Shown here: in pieces, positions 7,819 to 16,679 of the stretch
Layout of the letters: each line of letters opens with the position of its first letter
Numbering within the stretch: position 1 is the first letter of the stretch
DNA from: Kofleriaceae bacterium
GTDB lineage: Bacteria; Myxococcota_A; Polyangia; Haliangiales; Haliangiaceae
Length of the DNA: 64,000 nt
Assembly: GCA_965215005.1 (NCBI GenBank)
Contig: CBDCCZ010000011.1
Coordinates: forward strand, 49,652 to 113,651
Direction of reading: 5' to 3'
Made by a program: the position numbers and the translations under genes
Notes under the pieces: generated by a model
What the model saw: only the letters and a program-made list of their open reading frames with translations
Database searches by the model: none
What the model was told of the DNA's origin: nothing

Positions 7819-10065
7819 CTAGTCGCTGACGTAGATGGCGGGTTCGCTACTCGATTGGGCTTGAAGGTGGCCAACGATGGCGGCTTGTCGATATCCCGCG
7901 CGCTGAAGTGCCTCTAGGCAGGCGCGCACGCCTGCTGGCGGAATAGCGGCGAGCAACCCACCGGCGGTCTGGGGATCGAAAAGTAGTTGCCAATTGCGAT
8001 GATGCGCAGCATGACGCGAGGTGCGAACCTGGGCCAGCAGAGCTGCATTGGCGGGTGCCAGAGAGCTGGTTATGCCCGCGGCGAGGACCTCGTTGGCGCC
8101 AGGGAGGGCTGGCAGTGTCTCGAGCGAGAGCGTTGCGTCTACTCCGCTGGCTCGGACCATCTCGAATAGGTGACCGAGTATTCCGAAGCCGGTCACGTCG
8201 GTGCTGGCGTTGACGTGGTGTCGACGGAACAAGCGCGCGGCCTCTGCACTGGATTGCTCCATGGTGGCGACGGCGGCAGCGAGCCACCGCGCTTTGGCCA
8301 AACCGCGCATGGCTGCTGCGAGAACGGCGCCGGTCCCGAGCGGTTTGCACAGAAGGAGCAGATCCCCGGCGCGGCCGCCACGCTTACGAACCACGTCGGC
8401 CAGCGCCACGTGCCCCATTACCGCGAAGCCAGCACTCAGCTCCGCACCCTCACTGGAGTGACCCCCAACGAGGATGGCACCTGCGGCGGTCAATGCGTCT
8501 TGCGCTCCCAACAGCACTTGCGCGAGGTCCTCCTCGATCTTGTCGTCAAGGGCGCGCGGCAAGATGATAGATGCAAGTGCCGTCTTAGGAGTGGCTCCCA
8601 TAGCGTACACATCGCCCAGAGCATGATTGACGGCTATACGACCGAAGCGAAACGGATCATCGATCATGGCGCGGATATGATCGATGGAATGAACTTGTCC
8701 GTTGCCGTTGCCGCAGTCGATTACCGCGGCGTCGTCCCGCGCAGCGAGATCAATCGGCACGTCGGCCGCTGGCTTTTGCAGACGCGCTAATGCTCTTTCG
8801 AGCACCGCTGGACCGATCTTGCTGCCACATCCTCCGCAGCGCGAAGGATGGCGGTTAAGCGCCATCCGCTGGGCATCCGTGAGCAGTCTTGGCTCGACGG
8901 CTGCCAGTTCGACCTCGGGCATCGCCGGCAGGTCGGTATAGCCGCGGACGAATCGCTGATCGATGAACTGCTTGAGGCGCCAAACCCACGCACCTTCCAT
9001 TGTCATCGATCCACGCGACGCTACGGCATAGGCATCGCCGGTGCCTAGAATGGCGAGCCAGCGTTTCTGAGGTCGAAATCGCCGCAGCGATTTTCGTAGC
9101 AGTGCCCGGCGCAGGTTTGCAGTCAGCGGCGGCCCTTGCCGCACCGCAATCACACCAGCTTTAGGACGCGGATTGTCGACCATGCTCGCCACGTCACCGG
9201 CGGCGAATACGCTCGGGTGCGATAGCGAGCGCAAGTAGCTGTCTACGGCAACGAAGCCAGAGGGATCGGTGGCGAGCCCCGCTGCCGCAAGCCAAGGCGC
9301 CGCGGCGGCACCGGTGACCCAGAGAATGTCGTCAACGGCAACACGCTGGTGGTTTCGACAAACGAGCGAGTCTGGCTCGACGGCAATGACTCGATGATGC
9401 TCATAAAGCTCGACGCCGCGCTCCCTCAAGGCGCGACGGAGCCGGACGCGAAGATGGCGAGTGTGCTCCGGCAGGAGCTCGCCGGCGGTGACCAGCGCAA
9501 CGCTGAGAAGCTGACGCCTGTCGCCAAGGAGCCCACGCATCCGATGCGCGGCGGCGAGGGCCAATTCGACGCCGCCGGCTCCACCGCCGACAACGCCTAC
9601 TCGATAGGGCTTCTCGAGGTGAGGTAGCCGCTCCAGCAGCGCCTGCCAGCGCGACCAGAACGAATCGATTGGCTTGGCCGGGACCACGCGAGCCTCAGCG
9701 CCCGCAACGCCCATTGCTGGCGTCGCGCCGATGTCGATCGATAGGAGGTCGAAGGGGAGCGCTGGTCGATCGGCAAAGCAGACGCGCTTTTCGCCGAGCT
9801 TCAGGCCGTTTGCCTCCGCATGCACGAGCCGTGCTCCGGCGAAGTGCGCGAGCTTGGCGAGGTCGATATGCGCTTCATCGTACTCATAGTGACCAGCGAT
9901 CAAACCCGGCAGCATCCCGGAATAGGGCGCGTGTAGGTCTCGGGTCACGAGAGTGAGGCGCAGGCCGGCGAGCGGGCGCATTCCGAAGTCACGAAGAACC
10001 GCTAGATGACTGTGGCCCCCACCGAGGAGAACGAGATCTTTGACCACCGGCGCCGCGGCACGCAT
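7819..10065 (-). CDS. selD: Selenide, water dikinase fused to an N-terminal FAD-dependent pyridine nucleotide-disulfide oxidoreductase domain
   Basis: N-terminal LVLLGGGHSH, YSGMLPG, VVGGGAGGVE, FAAGD; C-terminal CGGCGSK, DDAA, GDVYAMG, LVGGHS, TDVTGFG, DPQTAGGLL. Confidence 0.93.
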   Translation of the reverse strand: MRAAAPVVKDLVLLGGGHSHLAVLRDFGMRPLAGLRLTLVTRDLHAPYSGMLPGLIAGHYEYDEAHIDLAKLAHFAGARLVHAEANGLKLGEKRVCFADRPALPFDLLSIDIGATPAMGVAGAEARVVPAKPIDSFWSRWQALLERLPHLEKPYRVGVVGGGAGGVELALAAAHRMRGLLGDRRQLLSVALVTAGELLPEHTRHLRVRLRRALRERGVELYEHHRVIAVEPDSLVCRNHQRVAVDDILWVTGAAAAPWLAAAGLATDPSGFVAVDSYLRSLSHPSVFAAGDVASMVDNPRPKAGVIAVRQGPPLTANLRRALLRKSLRRFRPQKRWLAILGTGDAYAVASRGSMTMEGAWVWRLKQFIDQRFVRGYTDLPAMPEVELAAVEPRLLTDAQRMALNRHPSRCGGCGSKIGPAVLERALARLQKPAADVPIDLAARDDAAVIDCGNGNGQVHSIDHIRAMIDDPFRFGRIAVNHALGDVYAMGATPKTALASIILPRALDDKIEEDLAQVLLGAQDALTAAGAILVGGHSSEGAELSAGFAVMGHVALADVVRKRGGRAGDLLLLCKPLGTGAVLAAAMRGLAKARWLAAAVATMEQSSAEAARLFRRHHVNASTDVTGFGILGHLFEMVRASGVDATLSLETLPALPGANEVLAAGITSSLAPANAALLAQVRTSRHAAHHRNWQLLFDPQTAGGLLAAIPPAGVRACLEALQRAGYRQAAIVGHLQAQSSSEPAIYVSD

Positions 10066-10167
10066 GCGCCAGCTTTGGCACGCGCGGCTGGCGATGACCA
10101 GGGCATCACGGCACGCATCGATCGAGTTGCCGTTGGAGAGCCATCAACGCGTCGCCGCCGCGCGAGC

Positions 10168-10553
10168 TCAGCGCGTTGCACGCTGCTTTGCAACAGCCGG
10201 TGCCAAGAAGGCGCGGTACGGCTTGGGCTCGAAGCGATGGTCGGGATAGATCTCGTAGAGCCGCGAAGCCAGCTCGAGGTCGCGAATTGAGCCGCGGCTA
10301 ACCTGCCAGGGAATCTCTTGGTGAGCGAGCACCTCGCGTATATCGCAGCTCATCAACTGGCGAACATCACGCCACCGCTCGGCATCGCCCCGAGTGCGGA
10401 ATACATACTCTTACGGCCCGGCGGCGCATCGCCGCTCCAGACCACGTAGCCGCGATGATAGGTGTCGGTCACCGGCGCGAGACCATCGCAGTAGTCACAG
10501 ACGTAGCTGACGAGGAGCAACGTCATAGGCCGATTGCAGTCAGGGCATTGCAT
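10168..10553 (-). pseudogene. Frameshifted zinc-ribbon hypothetical protein (or a sequencing indel)
   Basis: N-terminal half MQCPDC...CDYC...GDAPPGR continues in another frame as EYVFRTRGDAERW...RAFLAP; one base appears missing near 10411-10413. Confidence 0.55.
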
Positions 10554-10664
10554 AAGGAGAGCGGCCTTCACAGAGGCTTGCTCTATCTAGGCTAGCGAGC
10601 CGCGCGCGCGGTGCAACTTCGCCGTTATCGAACCCCGGCCCCCCCTCCGCTCCCGTTGGCGCGC

Positions 10665-12644
10665 TCACTCACACGCGCCGATGCTGCAGTTGCAGGGGCC
10701 GTCGCAGGTGTTAACGACCTGTCGCTCGCGCAGGAATCGGTCGATCTGGCGAATCGCGGCCGGCTGCCGACGGATTGATGCGTGGGTGCCGTTCTCGGTG
10801 ACGTTGCGGGCGTTGGTCGATGGCGGCATTGGAGTTGGTTCTTCATCGAACACGACCAATGCCGACTCTAGAGGGCCTTCGAGGCTGCGCAGGCCCGCGG
10901 GAACCAGCACGGCCGGCTCGAGCACCGGTATCCCCATCACGCGTGCTTGCGCGGCGGTGGCGATGTTGGAGACGCGGCTGTCACCAAGGCCCATGTGCAT
11001 GAGGACCTGCGTGCTGCGACTTCCCGGCAAGGGATTGTCCAGGATGCGCTTGCTGAGCCAGAGGTTTTCCACCCGATCGAACCCCAGCTGCAACAGCGAT
11101 TCGATGATGACGGTATTGAGGGCGCCGCTGTAGGCGCCTGAAAGAATTAGCTGGAAGGTTGGCCAATTGGTCGAGCGCTCCATCAGCAAGCCCCAGTTGG
11201 AGCCACCAACCGACAAGATCGCTTGTGAGAAGAACGGATCGACTGCAATGAGCGATGAGCCGAGAATGTGGCCTTGTGAAATCCCATAGAAGACCACTCG
11301 TTGCGGGTCGAGGAGCCGCTCGGTATCGATGGTGAGCTCGGGGGCCTGCCCGAGTGGGCCGCGAATCAGCTGCTCGAGCGTGATCTGATTGACGATGCCT
11401 TGAATGATCCGCTCGCCGAAGTTAATCAGCTTGCTGGCATCGCCCAACGCGAGAGCGGCGCCGGCCAAGGCATCTTCGGACATGCCAAACCAGTCGGTTG
11501 CAATCACCACCAGGCACAGCTCGTTTGCCATCTGGCGCAAGAAGTCACTACCAGCTTCTCCCAGTGTAAGAAAGAAGCCGTGGCCGTACTGCAGCACCGG
11601 AACGGGCCGTTGGCTGGCTGCACACGCCGGCACCATCATATAAAGAGGTGCTTCCATGGTGCCTGCGACCACCACGTTGCCCGCAGCGTCACGAGCGAGC
11701 GCGCCATCGTCGGCAACGTCATCGACCACCTGCGGTGCCTCGAAGGTGCCCCAAAGGTGACGCAAGCCGGTGGTCTCTTCCACTTGCTCGCGGTCTATCG
11801 TGTAGCTCATCTCGCTGGCCAGGGTACCCATCGCCTCGAGAGCTGCGTCGCGTGCCTGCAGGAGATCGCGGGTGAGGAACGCCTCGGACGCGGTGGTGAA
11901 ATCCCACGCCACGACCAGCTCCTCGGGGGAAATGCCTTCGGCGGCAAACGCCGCGAAGATGGCCGCATAGCGGCCTCTCACCCCTTCGAGCCGCTCATGA
12001 TTCGTGGCTCGCTCGTCGCGGATCGCGGCGAATCCGGCGGGAACGGCAAGCTCACCGCCGTCGGCCGCTTTGAGACTGGTTCGAATGCCAATCGCGTAGC
12101 GATGGTTGGCTGCAAGACCAGGCAGCGGCCGGATGTAGAGCGCCTGGCGGTCACGATCCCTCGTGGCGGTGGCGGCGTCTAGGGCATTGACGTCAACTTC
12201 AGCGAAATGCTCGACGCGTTTGCCTGTGGTCATGTCGATCATGACGGTCGTGCTTGCTGCGGTAAGGCTAGCGGCTGAGTTCTCGTGCGATACCAGCCCG
12301 GCGGTGTCGACACCTTCTTCGAAGACTGTGAAGGCAAAGCTTGCCGGCGAGAACCCATCGTGTTCGTTGAAGCGCACGGGATCGATGGGCACGCCATCGG
12401 CGTTGGTTGGTAGCGCGTCTGCTGGGATATCTAGACGCCAGCCGGTGACCGTGGTGTCGTCTTTCGCTTCATAGATGGCGGATGGCCACGGGGTGATGCA
12501 GCCAACGCCTCCGAGCGGGTTGCACTCTGCAGGTGTCGAGACGGAATCGCCACTGCACCCTGTGATGCCCGCCGCGAAAACGATGACGAACGCGCTGCGC
12601 GCGCGCAACAATCGAATGGTCCCCCGCATACGCGCATCATACAC
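10665..12644 (-). CDS. Alpha/beta-hydrolase-like lipoprotein with an N-terminal Ig-like region
   Basis: Lipobox ITGC; HDGFSP; QYGHGFF; nucleophile elbow GISQG; C-terminal His and Cys-rich tail. Start codon uncertain. Confidence 0.8.
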   Translation of the reverse strand: MYDARMRGTIRLLRARSAFVIVFAAGITGCSGDSVSTPAECNPLGGVGCITPWPSAIYEAKDDTTVTGWRLDIPADALPTNADGVPIDPVRFNEHDGFSPASFAFTVFEEGVDTAGLVSHENSAASLTAASTTVMIDMTTGKRVEHFAEVDVNALDAATATRDRDRQALYIRPLPGLAANHRYAIGIRTSLKAADGGELAVPAGFAAIRDERATNHERLEGVRGRYAAIFAAFAAEGISPEELVVAWDFTTASEAFLTRDLLQARDAALEAMGTLASEMSYTIDREQVEETTGLRHLWGTFEAPQVVDDVADDGALARDAAGNVVVAGTMEAPLYMMVPACAASQRPVPVLQYGHGFFLTLGEAGSDFLRQMANELCLVVIATDWFGMSEDALAGAALALGDASKLINFGERIIQGIVNQITLEQLIRGPLGQAPELTIDTERLLDPQRVVFYGISQGHILGSSLIAVDPFFSQAILSVGGSNWGLLMERSTNWPTFQLILSGAYSGALNTVIIESLLQLGFDRVENLWLSKRILDNPLPGSRSTQVLMHMGLGDSRVSNIATAAQARVMGIPVLEPAVLVPAGLRSLEGPLESALVVFDEEPTPMPPSTNARNVTENGTHASIRRQPAAIRQIDRFLRERQVVNTCDGPCNCSIGACE

Positions 12645-12715
12645 AAGCTGCGAAGGTGTGAGAGCAAACGTGCAGAGCTCCCTGCGCGCCGCCCCCCGCG
12701 TGTATCCTGTCGCGT

Positions 12716-13159
12716 ATGGCTAATTCAGTCGACAAGATCCCCAAGGGATACCACTCCGTCACGCCGTACCTCGTCTTGAGTGGCGGGTGCAGCAAGGCGC
12801 TCGAGCTCTATCGCGAAGCGTTTGGCGCCGAGGAGCTCATGCGGATGGAAATGGGCAGTGGAATCGGGCATGCCGAGGTCCGCATCGGCGATTCGATCAT
12901 CATGATGGCCGATGCGGCGCCGCCCGAATGGCCTGCGACTTCCTCCCTCGTCATGCTTTACGTGGAGAACTGCGATGCGGTGTTCGAGCGGGCGGTCGCC
13001 GCTGGGTGCAGCGTGATGCAGCCCCTCGAAGACAAGTTCTACGGCGATCGCTCGGGCACGGTGCGCGATCCGCACGGACAGATGTGGTGCATCGCCACCC
13101 ACATCGAAGACGTCTCTCCAGAGGAGATGGCGAAGCGCGCGCACAACGAGCCGCACTAA
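12716..13159 (+). CDS. VOC/glyoxalase (PhnB-like) protein
   Basis: IPKGYHSVTPYL, HAEVRIGDS, DKFYGDRSGTVRDPHG.W.IATH. Confidence 0.93.
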   Translation: MANSVDKIPKGYHSVTPYLVLSGGCSKALELYREAFGAEELMRMEMGSGIGHAEVRIGDSIIMMADAAPPEWPATSSLVMLYVENCDAVFERAVAAGCSVMQPLEDKFYGDRSGTVRDPHGQMWCIATHIEDVSPEEMAKRAHNEPH

Positions 13160-13220
13160 GCCCGTGACGCGGCGGCTAACCTGGCTCCCGAGCCGCGCGC
13201 GGCTCTGATAGGCTCATTGC

Positions 13221-14339
13221 ATGGGCAAAATCCTCCTGATGGGCCGCCGCTCGGCGGCCGTGGAGGCCGTTCGGCGCCTTGGCCACACGCCGATCACTCT
13301 CGACGTCGCGGCGCGTCCGCTCCAGGGACGCCGCGCCTACGGCGGCGCCGTCGCGGATGCCGTCGCAGCCGCACGCGCGCTGCTCGAGGGTACACGACCT
13401 GCGGCGGTGGTGGCTGTGGCCGAGGGTGCCGTGGCACCCGCCGCGGAGGTTCGCGCCTTCTTCGGCCTTCCGGGACTCTCACGAGAAGTCGCGGCGCGTT
13501 GCACCGATAAGCAGCACATGAAAGCGGCCATCGTCGCCGGCGGAGTGCCGTGTGCGCGCGCGGAAACCGTCACCAATGGCACCACCGCTGCGCAGCTCAT
13601 CGAGGCGCTGGGGTTGCCGCTGGTTCTAAAGATTCCCCAGAGCTCGGGTGGCCGCGGCGTTCACATCGTGGAAACCGCGGCCGACGTGGCGGCGCAGATG
13701 CAGCCAGGCTTGCTCGCCGAGGCGCTGGTGAGCGGCGTCGAGATGAGCATTGAGACGCTACAAGTTGCCGGCGCGGTGCGGTTTCGCAATCGCACGCGCT
13801 ATCTGGTTCCGCGTTGGGCAAACGTCGTGCCTGCAGCGCTCGCCGCGGCCGAGCTCGAGGCGGTAGACGAGGTTTGCGATCGGGCGCTGCAGGCCCTGGG
13901 CGTGACTCACGGGATCTCGCATATCGAGCTGTTTCTCAGTGAGAAGGGGCCGCTCTTTAGCGAGATTGCCGCGCGACCACCCGGCGGCCGCATCATGGAT
14001 CTCATCGAGCTCGCCTATGGCTTCGATCCGTGGGAGGCGCTGGTGCGTCTCGAGCTAGGAGAGGACGCAGTGCTCCCTCGCCAGCCAATGCGCTTCGCGG
14101 GCGCGTGGTTTCTCCATCCTGGAGCCGGGCAGGTGAAGCATATCCGCGGCCTCGAGCGCGCCGCGGCTCTACCTGGCGTGTGGCGCGCACGCTCTCGAGT
14201 GGGTATTGGCGCTCAGGTCGAGGCACGAGTTGGTAGCGGCCAAACCGTCGGCGATGTGATCGTGACCGGCGACTCCCACGACAGCTGCGTGGAGCGTCTG
14301 CGCCGGGCGCGTGAATGTATAGAGATCGACCTCGAGTGA
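13221..14339 (+). CDS. ATP-grasp domain protein (L-amino-acid ligase-like)
   Basis: CTDKQHMK, PLVLKIP..SGGRGV, GVEMSIE, HIELF, EIAARPPGG. Confidence 0.88.
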   Translation: MGKILLMGRRSAAVEAVRRLGHTPITLDVAARPLQGRRAYGGAVADAVAAARALLEGTRPAAVVAVAEGAVAPAAEVRAFFGLPGLSREVAARCTDKQHMKAAIVAGGVPCARAETVTNGTTAAQLIEALGLPLVLKIPQSSGGRGVHIVETAADVAAQMQPGLLAEALVSGVEMSIETLQVAGAVRFRNRTRYLVPRWANVVPAALAAAELEAVDEVCDRALQALGVTHGISHIELFLSEKGPLFSEIAARPPGGRIMDLIELAYGFDPWEALVRLELGEDAVLPRQPMRFAGAWFLHPGAGQVKHIRGLERAAALPGVWRARSRVGIGAQVEARVGSGQTVGDVIVTGDSHDSCVERLRRARECIEIDLE

Positions 14340-14474
14340 GCTCGTGGCTCGAGGTCGAGTACGCGCTTCGGCGCGACGTCGCCGGCCGATTCGGCTCATG
14401 CCGAGATGTCACGATGTGGCGCGCTCGCTCCACGAGATTGTCGCAAGAGGACCCCACACCTCGCGGTCGACCAA

Positions 14475-14512
14475 TGGTACGCGCTCCGCTCGCCAATGGT
14501 CTCGTTCATGCA
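14475..14512 (+). promoter_or_regulatory. Two tandem sigma54-like GG-N10-GC motifs 22 bp apart
   Basis: TGGTACGCGCTCCGC and TGGTCTCGTTCATGCA, each preceded by CCAA; followed by AGGAGG and ATG. Confidence 0.4.
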
Positions 14513-14538
14513 AAACACGCCGGCTCAGGAGGATGACG

Positions 14539-14724
14539 ATGCGTGCCAATACCCTTTCTGTTGGAGACCTGATCGCAGCCCTTCACGACGAGGTCGATGC
14601 CAGCACCGCCGATGCTGAGCTCGCTGCGCATCTGGCAGCAATGTCGACGCTGGAGGTGCTCGTTCGCAACGGCAACTTTCAAGTCGCCGCCGAGCTCGCC
14701 GCCGACAATCTCGCGCAAGCATGA
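14539..14724 (+). CDS. Small (61 aa) hypothetical helical protein
   Basis: Perfect AGGAGG 6 nt before ATG; MRANTLSVGDLIAALHDEV... Confidence 0.65.
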   Translation: MRANTLSVGDLIAALHDEVDASTADAELAAHLAAMSTLEVLVRNGNFQVAAELAADNLAQA

Positions 14725-14829
14725 GGCCGCTGCGCCTAACGAAGGCAAATCGGCTTTCGTTTGGGCGAATCTGCCGGTTTCCTCCGGCGGTGTCTTGCAA
14801 TAGTCGGCTAAATCGACCATAAAGCGATC

Positions 14830-15837
14830 GTGCAAGAACGGCAAAATCACGGCGGCGGGCGTGAATCGGAGCTGGTTCTGCTCACAGGGGCGACCGGCTT
14901 CGTCGGGCGCCATCTGTACCCCGCGCTGCGCGCTGCCGGCTACAACGTTCGGTGTGGCAGTCGGCAGCCGGCGCGGGCGACAGAACTGCGCCCGAAGCGA
15001 GAGTGGGTTCGCCTCGACCTAGATGAAGCCAGCTCCGTACGGCGCGCACTCGAAGGCTGTCGCGCAGCGATCTACCTCGTGCATCGGATGAAAGGCGGGG
15101 ACGACTATCCCGATCGCGAGCGTCGCAGCGCTGAGGTGTTTGCGCGCGAGGCCGAGCGAGCTGGCGTGCGGCGAATTGTGTATCTAGGAGGCGTCGCTCC
15201 GCGCGGGAAGGGCTCGCGTCATCTCGCCAGCCGCCTCGAGACCGGAGCCATCTTGCGGCGCAGCCGCGCCTCCACGGTGGAAATTCGCGCGGCGATGATC
15301 ATTGGCGCGGGAGGCGAGAGCTGGACGATGGTGCGGGACCTTGCCAAGCGACTGCCGCTGATGGTGCTGCCGCGTTGGCTCAATCGCGGCTCGTGGCCGA
15401 TTGCCATCGATGACGTGGTGCTGGCGTTGGTGGGAGCGCTGCAGCTACATGCCGCCGACGCTGGCGTCTACGATGCACCTGGGCCGGAGCGTCTCACCCA
15501 TCGAGAGACCCTCGAGCGGGCCGCTGCCGTGATGGGTAAGCATCCCACGATGCTGCGAGTGCCGGTGCTCACGCCGCGGCTTTCGAGTTACTGGATCGGC
15601 TTGGTTACTGACGTCGATGTGGCCATGGCACGCGAGCTCATCGAGGGAATTCGTTACGACCTCGATCCCAGCGGGCGTCTGATCTGGGATGCAATTGGTA
15701 CGGGTCCGCAGCGAGCGCTCGACGAGGCGATGCGCGAAGCGCTGGCTGACCGCGATGCGGCCATGTCGCCCGCGCCGCCGCATGCAGAACGCCTACGGTC
15801 ACTGATTCGCCAGGTCTATGCGCCAGCGGAGTCGTAG
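14830..15837 (+). CDS. NAD(P)-dependent epimerase/atypical SDR (YbjT-like)
   Basis: LTGATGFVG, AIYLVH, RIVYLGG, SRHLASR, PVLTPRLSSYW. Confidence 0.9.
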   Translation: MQERQNHGGGRESELVLLTGATGFVGRHLYPALRAAGYNVRCGSRQPARATELRPKREWVRLDLDEASSVRRALEGCRAAIYLVHRMKGGDDYPDRERRSAEVFAREAERAGVRRIVYLGGVAPRGKGSRHLASRLETGAILRRSRASTVEIRAAMIIGAGGESWTMVRDLAKRLPLMVLPRWLNRGSWPIAIDDVVLALVGALQLHAADAGVYDAPGPERLTHRETLERAAAVMGKHPTMLRVPVLTPRLSSYWIGLVTDVDVAMARELIEGIRYDLDPSGRLIWDAIGTGPQRALDEAMREALADRDAAMSPAPPHAERLRSLIRQVYAPAES

Positions 15838-16567
15838 ACCACAAGTGGGTGATAGCGATCCAGACGTGTTTGCAGAGGGCCGCGATCGACCGAAGAAGCG
15901 CCTAGGAAACGCTGGCGAGCGCCATGATGCGTCGAGCCCGGTGCGGCGCGGCGCTATCGCGGTAGCTGTCGCAACACTGGCTTTCTGGCTCAGCCTGCGT
16001 CTACACACGGAAGTGAGTGTGTGGGCGAGTACCGCGACGGCGGCGGTCGCGGCCGCGGCGGTCGCTGCCGCTACGTGGTGGCGGCGGCTGGTGGTCCTGT
16101 TGCGGCGCGACTCGTGGCGCTGGATGCTCGTTGGGCTCGCAGTAGGTGTGTTCATGGCGTTGGCCACCCACTTGGTGTACCCGCTCGCGGCGGCGCTGTT
16201 GCCGCCCATCGAGAGCGAGGTCGAGCGTCTCTATCGACAGCTGCAAGCGCCGCCGGGGCGGCTCGCGGCGATTCCCATTCTCGTCGCCGTGGTCGTCGTC
16301 GAAGAGCTGGTGTGGCGCGGCATCTTGGTGGACGTGCTGCGTCCGCGCCTGCGGGCGCCTGCGGTGATCATCGCTGCTTCACTGCTGTATGCGTTGCCGC
16401 AGATCGGCAGCGCGTCGTGGCTGCTAATCTTCGTTTCCGTCGGTTGTGGCGCGATATGGACGAGCCTGCGGCTGTGGAGCGGCGGGTTGCGGGCGCCCTT
16501 GGCGTGTCACCTGACGTGGGATGCGCTGGTATTCGTCGCGTTTCCGCTCGGCGGCGCTCTGGTCTAG
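15818..16567 (+). CDS. CPBP (Abi/CAAX) family intramembrane protease
   Basis: Multiple TM segments; EELVWRG and HLTWD motifs. Start uncertain. Confidence 0.85.
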   Translation: MRQRSRRPQVGDSDPDVFAEGRDRPKKRLGNAGERHDASSPVRRGAIAVAVATLAFWLSLRLHTEVSVWASTATAAVAAAAVAAATWWRRLVVLLRRDSWRWMLVGLAVGVFMALATHLVYPLAAALLPPIESEVERLYRQLQAPPGRLAAIPILVAVVVVEELVWRGILVDVLRPRLRAPAVIIAASLLYALPQIGSASWLLIFVSVGCGAIWTSLRLWSGGLRAPLACHLTWDALVFVAFPLGGALV

Positions 16568-16581
16568 CGGTGGTCTAGCGG
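16560..16581. repeat. 11-bp perfect tandem duplication spanning the CPBP stop codon
   Basis: TGGTCTAGCGG TGGTCTAGCGG. Confidence 0.85.
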
Positions 16582-16679
16582 TTCCCGGTGACCTTGCCGC
16601 TGCGTGTATCATCGCAGCGGCCTATCATGCTGCACTTTCAGATTCGCGGATTCTCGGCGGCGCGTGTTGGTGAGCCTTC

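Noticed and set aside
7819..10065. Selenocysteine recoding in selD
   Set aside because: The ORF is uninterrupted and has Cys at the active site.
10405..10420. Programmed ribosomal frameshift in the split zinc-ribbon gene
   Set aside because: No slippery heptamer or evident stimulatory signal; a simple indel is more parsimonious.
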